Shown here piece after piece: positions 49,301 to 64,000 of a stretch of 64,000 bases of DNA. The notes below the pieces were generated by a model that was given only the letters and a program-made list of their open reading frames with translations, ran no database searches and was not told the DNA's origin. Source of the stretch: Eledone cirrhosa (lineage: Eukaryota); contig CAXHJY010001308.1 in NCBI GenBank assembly GCA_964016885.1, positions 10,844 to 74,843 of the forward strand, written 5' to 3'. The first letter of the stretch is position 1. Each line of letters begins with the position of its first letter. Made by a program: the position numbers and the translations under genes.

Positions 49301-49930
49301 TTACTGTTTTTTCCTGACTTTTTGCGAGGCTTGGAATGTAGACAAAGCTTTATGAAAGCAGTTTGAGAATAATTCACTTTTTTTGTTAATTAAGTTTTCA
49401 TAATTATTAATTATTAATAGGGTCTCCTTTGTGCAGAGGTTGCAGTTAATCGATATGGATGAGTTGGTATATATTTTACTATTACAAAGCTTCGTCCTAA
49501 AGATCGAGTATTTAAAATTTTTGTCTTTTAATGACCATATAAGTTGTGATAAAGAAGTCGAAGACTTCCTATTAAAATTCGAAAATGAGCATTTGTGATT
49601 CGCAAATCTCGATTTAAATGTGGAAGTTGCTCCTATGTAGTTGTATGTGTTGTTATTTGTTTTTATGGTGCATTTATACACCAGATTTCTATCCAGACAA
49701 TTATTTTGCAGAGGGCAATCTGGTTTATTTCATATAACTGATTTAGTTCTGGTTCTTTTCCCCGATTTATTCACAGTACAGGTGTTTGAATTACAGTTAT
49801 TAGAATTTATAGAATTTCGTTTATGTATGCCATTATTTTTATCAGGATTAAGACTCGGATTATTATTGTCTATATCTTCTATATTATTTTTATAACCAGC
49901 CTTTTTTAGCGCATCATTGTAGGATATTAA
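49301..49930 (-). mobile_element. Penelope-like element fragment: RT C-terminal relic and GIY-YIG endonuclease
   Basis: YNDALKKAGY; CPLQNNCLDRNLVYKC...YIGAT..FKSRFANHKCSF...TSLSQLIWSLK...CNLCTKE...INKKSEL..NCFHK. Confidence 0.82.
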
Positions 49931-51497
49931 TATTACAATGTAGGATATTACAATGCAGGATATTACAATGTAGGATATTACAATGTAGGATATTACAATG
50001 TAGGATATTACAATGTAGGATATTACAATGTAGGATATTACAATGTAGGATATTACAATGTAGGATATTACAATGTAGGATATTACAATGTAGGATATTA
50101 CAATGTAGGATATTACAATGTAGGATATTACATTGTAGGATATTACATTGTAGGATATTACAATGTAGGATATTACAATGAAGGATATTACAATGTAGGA
50201 TATTACAATGTAGGATATTACAATGTAGGATATTACAATGTAGGATATTACAATGTAGGATATTACAATGTAGGATATTACAATGTAGGATATTACAATG
50301 TAGGATATTACAATGTAGGATATTACAATGTAGGATATTACAATGTAGGATATTACAATGTAGGATATTACAATGTAGGATATTACAATGTAGGATATTA
50401 CAATGTAGGATATTACAATGTAGGATATTACAATGTAGGATATTACAATGTAGGATATTACAATGTAGGATATTACAATGTAGGATATTACAATGTAGGA
50501 TATTACAATGTAGGATATTACAATGTAGGATATTACAATGTAGGATATTACAATGTAGGATATTACAATGTAGGATATTACAATGTAGGATATTACAATG
50601 TAGGATATTACAATGTAGGATATTACAATGTAGGATATTACAATGTAGGATATTACAATGTAGGATATTACAATGTAGGATATTACAATGTAGGATATTA
50701 CAATGAAGGATATTACAATGTAGGATATTACAATGTAGGATATTACAATGAAGGATATTACAATGTAGGATATTACATTGTAGGATATTACAATGTAGGA
50801 TATTACAATGCAGGATATTACAATGCAGGATATTACAATGCAGGATATTACATTGTAGGATATTACAATGTAGGATATTACAATGTAGGATATTACAATG
50901 CAGGATATTACAATGTAGGATATTACAATGTAGGATATTACAATGTAGGATATTACAATGCAGGATATTACAATGCAGGATATTACAATGCAGGATATTA
51001 CAATGTAGGATATTACAATGTAGGATATTACAATGTAGGATATTACAATGTAGGATATTACAATGTAGGATATTACATTGTAGGATATTACAATGTAGGA
51101 TATTACAATGTAGGATATTACAATGTAGGATATTACAATGTAGGATATTACAATGAAGGATATTACAATGTAGGATATTACAATGTAGGATATTACAATG
51201 CAGGATATTACAATGCAGGATATTACAATGTAGGATATTACAATGTAGGATATTACAATGCAGGATATTACAATGCAGGATATTACAATGCAGGATATTA
51301 CAATGTAGGATATTACAATGTAGGATATTACAATGCAGGATATTACAATGTAGGATATTACAATGCAGGATATTACAATGCAGGATATTACAATGTAGGA
51401 TATTACAATGTAGGATATTACAATGTAGGATATTACAATGTAGGATATTACAATGTAGGATATTACAATGTAGGATATTACAATGCAGGATATTACT
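49931..51497 (+). repeat. 15-bp satellite (TAGGATATTACAATG)n, about 104 copies
   Basis: Exact 15-nt periodicity; variants limited to caatg[t/c/a] and ca[a/t]tg. Confidence 0.98.
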
Positions 51498-51612
51498 ATT
51501 TTGTTAATATTTTGAATTAATATTAATAACTCTGGAAAACCTCTTTGTTGAGTGCTTCCAAACTATTGTAAAACTCATTCTTTGATGTATTCATTGAACC
51601 TTGTTTAACTTT

Positions 51613-51655
<43 letters not shown>

Positions 51656-51699
51656 ATATATATATATATATATATATTATTATACTTTGAAAGAGTCGT

Positions 51700-51980
51700 G
51701 CTGCCAATAAAAGCACACGCACCTGTTGGTTTTCACTTCAATTTATTATAAATTTCCGGTTGGTTGGTTCGATAACCGGATGGTTGTTTATATATTGTCA
51801 AAGCTTTTTTTGTCACACATTCTGTGGCCTCCTCGGTGCCTGGGTTTTTATTTTGAGGAGGTCACAGAATGTGTAACGAAAGAGCCTTGACTATATATAA
51901 ACAACCATCCGGTTATCGAACCAACCAACCAACCAACCAACCAACAGGAAATATATAATGTATTGAAGTGAAAACCAAAT
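51700..51980. repeat. Imperfect inverted repeat of the same family as 19090-19601
   Basis: gccaataa...cacacgcacc...ggttggttggttcgataaccgga...tgtcaaag...cattctgtg, then its reverse complement. Confidence 0.8.
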
Positions 51981-52018
51981 ATATATATGTATATAAATAT
52001 AAAAAATAAACAAATTTC

Positions 52019-52204
52019 GCTCTACATGGTTGAATACAATAAAATGTAATCTGAGTTTTTCTGCAGTTCTGTTTACATGCCAACACAAGAGCAATAATGA
52101 GGGGCTCATTCTACTGACATGGCTTTAAAAATGAGGCTTGTTTGCATAATTGCAAACGAATCGAATATTATTATTAATATTTGAAAAATTCAGATTACAT
52201 TTAC
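52019..52204 (+). mobile_element. Second, truncated copy of the hammerhead repeat family
   Basis: Inverted tail 52019-52060, then ctgcagttctgtttacatgcc...cagattacattta matching 46744-46883. Confidence 0.85.
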
Positions 52205-52227
52205 ATAAATATATATGTATATATGTA

Positions 52228-52276
<49 letters not shown>

Positions 52277-52314
52277 ATGTGTGTGTGTGTATATATGTGT
52301 GTATATACATATAA

Positions 52315-52664
52315 ATCATCATCATCATTTCATCATTTCATTTTATGTCCGCTTTTTCCCTGCTTGCAAGGGTGGGACGGGAACTGATTCTGGCTTAATT
52401 TCTACAGCTGGATGCTCTTCCTAACACCAACCTCATTTACAGTGAGTGCTGGGTGCTTTTTTGCCATGGCACCTCCACGACCACTTTGCGGTGGAGTGAT
52501 ATGGACCCCAGTCCCTATCATCTCATTTCTACAGCTGAGTAAACTGGAGCAATGTGAAATAAAGTGTCTTGCTCAAGGAAACAACACATCACCCGGTCTG
52601 AGAATTGAACTCACAACCTTTTGATTGCAAGGCCAATGCTCTAACCATTAAGCCATGTGCCTCC
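52315..52664 (-). mobile_element. Full-length tRNA-head SINE with an RTE-like 3' tail
   Basis: Head GGAGGCACATGGCTTAATGG...GAGTTCAATTC; tail cactgtaaatgaggttggtgttaggaagagcatccagctgtagaaa...(GAT)n. Confidence 0.85.
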
Positions 52665-52679
52665 ATATGTGTGTATATA

Positions 52680-52726
<47 letters not shown>

Positions 52727-52901
52727 ATATATATGTGTGTGTGTATATATATATGTGTATATACATGTGTGTGTGTGTATATATGTGTGGTGTGTGTATA
52801 TATATATATGTATATATATGTGTGTGTGTATATATATATTATGTGTGTGTGTATATATATATAAATATTATGTGTGTGTGTGTATATATATATATAAATA
52901 T

Positions 52902-52932
<31 letters not shown>

Positions 52933-52996
52933 TATGTGTGTGTGTGTGTGTATATATATGTGTGTGTATAAATATATGTGTATATATATGTGTGTG

Positions 52997-53041
<45 letters not shown>

Positions 53042-53067
53042 ATATATATGTGTATATGTATATATAT

Positions 53068-55212
53068 GTTCAGGATTGCTAGGCAATGTGTCAAGGAAAA
53101 CAGTGATATTGTCGGGGAGAAGTGTGTACTTAACGATGACGGCGTACTTGCCATCACCGACGCCGATAAGAAGGTAGCTTGGAAGTGTCACTATGAAAGG
53201 CTACTAAATGAGGAGAATAAATGGGAGAAAGACAGTCTCCCCCACATCGACCCAATAGAGGGACCAGCAGTGTTAGTCGAGGGTAGTATAATAAGTAAGG
53301 CAATCAAAGATATGAAGACAGGCAAGGCGGCTGGGCCTTCGGAAATAGTTGCCGAGATGCTGAAGGCATCTGGTACGGTGGGACACACCATGGTCACCCG
53401 GATAGTCAACCAAGTCATACAGAATGGGGTTGATCCGAAGGACTGGCGTAGCAGCATCATCGTTAACTGTTATAAGGGTAAAGGAGATGCCCTAGATAGG
53501 AGTAACTATAGAGGCATTAAATTAATCGACCAGGTCATGAAGGTCACGGAAAAAGTAATAGCGCAACTAATCAGAGAGCGAATTGATCTAGATGAAATGC
53601 AGTTCGGGTTTGTGTCAGGAAAAAGTACCACAGACGCTCTTTTCATTGTACGACAACTACAGGAGAAGTACCTAGCTAAAAGTAAACCACTATACTTAGC
53701 TTTCGTCGACTTGGAGAAGGCCTTCGACAGAGTCCCCCGTTCCATTATCTGGTGGGCTCTTAGAAAACTAGGTGTTGATGAATGGCTTGTGAGAGCTATA
53801 CAAGCCATGTATAAAGAAACAGTCAGCAAGGTTAGAATTAACAACGAATATAGTGAAGAGTTTAGTGTAAAAGTTGGTGTTCATCAGGGCTCTGTTCTTA
53901 GCCCCCTACTATTTATTATCGCCCTCCAGGCTATAACAGTGGAGTTCAAGACCGGCTGCCCATGGGAACTAGAATCAAAAGGCCTTAAAATTAACCTGGC
54001 TAAGACTAAAGTTCTAGTTTGTAAGAAAGAAAATAAGGCGGCGGTCCCCTCCGGGAAGTGGCCATGCGCACAGTGTAGGAAAGGCGTAGGTAGAAATTCC
54101 ATTTTGTGTCCCAAATGCAAAGTTTGGGTGCATAAAAGATGTAGTGGGATCACAGGTAAGCTAACTAAGAACATAGATTTTACATGTGGCCGGTGTTCTG
54201 GGGCAATAAGTAGCAGCAAGTGCCCACAAAATACTAGCTCTTTCAACTGCACAGAGGGTTCTATAGAAATAGTGGACAGCTTCCGTTACCTGGGTGACAA
54301 AATCAGCAGTGGGGGAGGGTACTCTGAAAGTACAGTAGCTAGAGTCAGAACTGGGTGGAAAAAGTTCAGAGAGCTTATACCACTATTAGCCGCTAAAGGG
54401 TTCTCCCTAAAAATGAAAGGCAGGTTGTACGATGCCTGCATACGAACAGCAATGTTGCATGGCAGTGAGACCTGGGCATTGTGTGCAGAGGATATACGCA
54501 GACTAGAGAGAAACGAAGCTTGCATGCTCCGCTGGATGTGTAATAGTAATATACGTGAACGACAAAGCATAAACGAACTAAGGAAAAAATTAGAAATAAG
54601 AGGGATCAGATGTTGTTTACTAGAGAGAAGCCTACGTTGGTATGGTCACGTGATGCGCATGAAGGACGATAGCTGTATAACAAAGTGCAGGGCAATAAAG
54701 ATAGACGGTAGCCACGGAATAGGCAGACCCAGAAAAACCTGGGACGAGCTGATAAACTCCGACCTCACACACTTACACCTCACCAAGACGATGTCACTGG
54801 ACCGAGACCTTTGGCGGTACTCAGTAATAGAGAAGACCCGCCTTACCTAAATACAAAGTAAAACCTACTACACCCCCGTCCCACCACCCCCACCCCATCC
54901 ACACCGCCCCCTTCTATGTCAAGTTATGTTGGTGCCACACCATCCAGGCCGAAACAAATGAGATCGTGTAGGTGTCACGACAAAAAAACACACAGTCCAC
55001 GCTGTAATGTGGCCGTGTAGGCAACACGGTAAAAACCTCCCAGACCCACACTGTAAATGTGGTTGGTGTTAGGAAGGGCATCCAACTGTAGAAAACCTGC
55101 CAGACAGTCCTATGTGAGCAAGACAATCACTCTTGCCTCAAGTGGGAAAACCCCCGTCCAAACTCATGCAAGCGTGGAACACGAACGTTAAACGTTGATG
55201 ATGATGATGATG
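53068..55212 (+). mobile_element. RTE-clade LINE, 5'-truncated; ORF ends at 54850, then 3' UTR and (GAT)n tail
   Basis: YKGKGDALDRSNYRGIKL, FVDLEKAFDRV, GVHQGSVLSPLLF, FRYLG, LRWYGHV, GRPRKTW; YADD segment absent; PHD-like Cys/His insert. Confidence 0.92.
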
Positions 55213-55344
55213 TGTGTATATATATATATATGTGTGTGTATATATATGTGTGTATATATATGTGTATATATATATATATATATGTGTGTATATATGTGTA
55301 TATATATATATATATATGTGTGTATATATGTGTATATATATATA

Positions 55345-58151
55345 GAACAAAAGAACAAATTCAAGACCACATGGATGCATCCTGCATCTAAGGAATGGCA
55401 TCTTTTGGACTACGTCCTAGTCAGGATGCGTGACAGACAGGATGTGCGGTGTGTTCGTGTTCTTCGTGGAGCTGAGTGCTGGACGGACCACCGCCTGGTA
55501 CGCGCAAAAGTGAATCTAATCACCAAACGTAAAATCCGGGCTCCTGGTGTTACCCTGCCCAAAAGATTGAATGCTGCTCGTCTTAAGGATAAAAATGTGA
55601 AGAGGACATTGGAAGAAGAGATGCAGGCTGCAGATCTTGGTGAGGATTGGCCGACCCTTAAAAAGTCGGTTTATGATGTAGGCAGACGTGTTCTGGGATT
55701 GGTGCAGAGAAAACATCAGGACTGGTTTGATGAGAAAGATGTGCATATAGATGACTTGTTGGCTGATAAGAGGCGCGCTCTGTCACGCTACTTGACGGCA
55801 AGACCACAGGAGAGGAATACGTTGCATGAGGAGCTCAGGGATGTAAAATCACGTGTTAGGCGGAGTCTTTCTCAGATGAAGGATCAGTGGTGGAGTGAGA
55901 AGGCTGGTGAGATACAAACTGCGTCTGATTGCAATAACACAAAGCTGTTGTACAGTCTCTTGCGTGAGGTTTATGGACCGTCTTCTTCTCTGGTGACACC
56001 GATTCGCAGCAGGGATGGCAAAGAACTTCTTCGTGACTCACAGGGAATTCTACGAAGGTGGCGAGAGCACTTTGATGATCTTTTGAATCAGCCGTCTGTC
56101 GTCAGTGAAGATTTCCTCAATCTCATTCCGGAAAGTCCTGTGAAAGTAGCTCTCGCAGAGCCTCCGACACTTGTGGAGGTTGCAGTGGCTATTTCGAAGC
56201 TGAACAGTGGAAGATCTCCAGGTATGGATGGCATACATGCTGAGCTCCTACAATATGGTGGTGAGAGACTCCTGCAACATCTTCACTCTCTGTTTGGAAG
56301 GATATGGGTTAATGAATCCGTGCCTGAGGACTGGAGAGATGCAGTAATGGTGGTCTTGTACAAGGGAAAGGGTAACAGGAATGATTGTGGGAGCTACAGA
56401 GGTATATCATTGCTTTCTGTCGTGGGGAAAGTTTTATGTAGGGTGCTTCTGGACCGTCTGCTGACACACATTGCAGATTGTGTCCTTCCTGAAAGTCAAT
56501 CTGGTTTTCGTGTTGGACGCGGCACTACTGATATGATCTTCTCAGCTAGACAGCTCCAGGAGAAGTGCATTGAACAGGGCTTGGATCTGTATCAGGTTTT
56601 TGTCGATCTGACAAAGGCTTTCGATACTGTCAACAGAGATGCATTATGGAAGGTTCTCCAGAAACTTGGTTGCCCTGATAAGTTCCTTGCTTTAGTTAGG
56701 TCTTTCCATGACGACATGAAGGCTTGGGTTAATGTCGGAGGTAACATGTCGGAGCCTATCTCAGTAAAAAATGGAGTGAAACAGGGGGATATTCCAGCAC
56801 CGACCCTGTTTGCCATATACTTTGCAATGGTTTTCTGTGTTGCATTCAGGAATTGCGAGCATGGTGTTTACATCCGATATCGAACCTCAGGCAGCATATT
56901 TAACATCAGGCGCTTTGCTGCGAAGACAAAAGTATTTACATCAGTCATAAGAGACCTCTTGTATGCAGATGATTGCGATCTTGTAGCGCACACAGAGAGT
57001 GATATGCAGCACATTTTGAATGTATTTTCTGACGCTTGCACTGCCCTGGGTTTGACTGTCAGTCTCAAGAAAACCGTCGTCATGTACCAACCTGCACCTG
57101 GTAGGCAGTACACTGAACCAAACATCTATGTGTATGGCAAACGACTTGGAGTGGTTGATCAGTTTGTCTACCTGGGAAGCACTGTCAATCGATACGGCAA
57201 CCTTGACAGTGAAATCTCACTTAGGATTAGGAAAGCAAGTGATGCTTTCGGAAAGCTAGAAAGGCGACTCTGGGGTCGGCGAGACATATGCAGGAGGACA
57301 AAGGTAAAGGTGTACAGGGCATGTGTACTCTCTTGTCTTCTTTATGCCTGCGAGACCTGGGTCACATATCGACGCCACCTTAAGCAATTGGAGCGTTTCC
57401 ATCAGATGTGTCTCAGACGGATACATGGCGTTCACTGGAGGGACCACATCAGTGATGTCGAGATTTTGGAAAGCTCTATGTGTGACAGTATAGAAGCTCT
57501 TGTGCTTAAGCAGCGACTCCGTTGGAGTGGTCACCTTGCCAGGATGAAGGATTCTAGAATACCAAAACAACTCTTCTATGGAGAGTTGGTTAAAGGAAAA
57601 CGACCGCCACATAAACCAAAAAAGAGGTATAAGGATTCCTTGAAGGCCTCTCTGAGAGACGCTAACATCTCTGCTGATACATGGGAAAATGTTGCTGCTG
57701 ATCGTAATAAATGGAGAAAGACTGTATATGAGGGAAAAGTTGCCTTTGAGGCATCTCGAATCGCACACGAGAAAGTAAAGCGGGACGTGAGGAAGGGTAT
57801 TGCTGTTGCACTTCCAGACGGCGAGGGTCCTCCTATGTTTCTGACATGCAGCGTCTGTGCGAGACTCTGCCTAAGCAAAGCTGGACTCGAAAGTCATCTT
57901 CGCAGTCATAAAGTAAGACCAGTGGTTGACTACCAGGCTGCTGTTGGAGATGCTACTCATCATGCTTGCCAAACATGTGGTAGAGAATGTAAATCAGCAG
58001 GAGGACTCAAGCGACATGCAAAAGTACACGAACTCCAACCACAGCCGACTATTCCCAGTAAATGTTTTGGTTGCCGACTCTGTGCAAGACATTTTGGATC
58101 ATTGGCTGGGCTAAAAAGCCACATTCGATCGCAGCACTGTTAGTTGCTATC

Positions 58152-58199
<48 letters not shown>

Positions 58200-58278
58200 G
58201 CTTATGTGCGTGCGTGTGTGTGTATATATATATGAATATGTATATTATTATTGTTGTTGTCGTTATTATTATTATTGC

Positions 58279-58318
<40 letters not shown>

Positions 58319-58440
58319 GTTATTAATGTATGTGTGTATATATGTGTGAGTGTATGTGTATGTATGTGTGTGTGTATATATGTATGTATGTGTATGTATG
58401 TGTGTGTGTATATATATGTGTATATATATATATATGTATA

Positions 58441-58473
<33 letters not shown>

Positions 58474-58598
58474 CTTTTTTTTTTTTTTTTTTTTTTTATT
58501 TATTTATTTATTTATTATTATTATTATTATTATTTTTTTTTTTTTTTTTTTTTTTTATTGTGCAATGGCCATACTCGATAACGAGGGGGCAGCCATCA
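55345..58598 (+). mobile_element. RTE/BovB-like LINE, 5'-truncated, open ~930-aa ORF to 58143 with three C-terminal C2H2 fingers
   Basis: [17 protein letters not shown]...TDHRLV (APE C-terminus), FVDLTKAFDTV, GVKQG, LYADD, FVYLGS, LRWSGH; CxxC...HxxxH x3; 3' end ggccatactcgataacgagggggcagccatcat. Confidence 0.92.
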
Positions 58599-58680
58599 TA
58601 TATATATATATATGTGTGTATATATGTGTATATATATATATATATATGTGTGTATATATGTGTATATATATATATATATA

Positions 58681-58751
<71 letters not shown>

Positions 58752-58790
58752 GTGTGTGTATATATATATGTGTGCGTGTATATATATATA

Positions 58791-59061
58791 TCATCATCAT
58801 CATTTTACGTCCGCTTTTCCCTGCTTGCAAGGGTGGGACGGGAACTGATTCTGGCTTGATTTCTACAGCTGGATGCCCTTCCTAACACCAACCTCATTTA
58901 CAGTGTGGGCTGGGTGCTTTTTTTGCCGTGGCACCTCCACGACCACTTTGCAGTGGAATGATATGGACCCCAGTCCCTATCATCTCATTTCTACAGCTGA
59001 GTAAACTGGAGCAATGTGAAATAAAGTGTCTTGCTCAAGGAAACAACACATCACCCGGTCT
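58791..59061 (-). mobile_element. 5'-truncated copy of the SINE at 52315-52664
   Basis: Near-identical to ~52335-52600; head replaced by the TA array. Confidence 0.88.

Positions 59062-64000
<4,939 letters not shown>

Noticed and set aside
49725-49740. In-frame TGA in the Penelope fragment as a selenocysteine codon
   Set aside because: It lies in a visibly decayed stretch, not clearly at a conserved Cys position, and no SECIS was identified
49931-51497. CRISPR array
   Set aside because: Head-to-tail 15-mers with no unique spacers and no cas genes, in eukaryotic context
55195-55344. N-terminal extensions of the 982-aa and 649-aa LINE ORFs
   Set aside because: Start codons lie in flanking microsatellites; both LINEs are 5'-truncated
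57840-58143. Host C2H2 zinc-finger gene
   Set aside because: The fingers are in frame at the C-terminus of the LINE ORF

Overview
AT-rich, repeat-dense animal genomic DNA. The SINE, RTE and microsatellite landscape resembles an octopus/cephalopod genome; that assignment is an inference. The only host gene I can support is a minus-strand kinesin-9 (KIF9-like). It has 8 complete coding exons (25793 down to 9328) and a 9th cut by the window start, one GC-AG intron, and an RFX X-box/ETS promoter. Most of the rest is mobile DNA. LTR elements: a CsRn1-type Gypsy with both LTRs, and two related non-coding LTR elements with 4-bp TSDs. Helitrons: a decayed autonomous copy plus three small ones. Non-LTR elements: CR1, RTE and CRE-like LINE pieces, a Penelope GIY-YIG fragment and many SINEs. 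There are also piggyBac-type MITEs, a 15-bp satellite and a ~5 kb TA/TG array. The most interesting signals are: (1) a well-formed type I hammerhead ribozyme in a ~390-bp permuted tandem unit (retrozyme/Penelope-pLTR-like), with a second copy starting at the predicted cleavage site; (2) ~32-nt tRNA-Trp primer-binding sites in two different LTR families; (3) a satellite seeded from Penelope coding sequence; (4) a ~510-bp near-perfect palindrome in a KIF9 intron. All coordinates and identities were read by eye.
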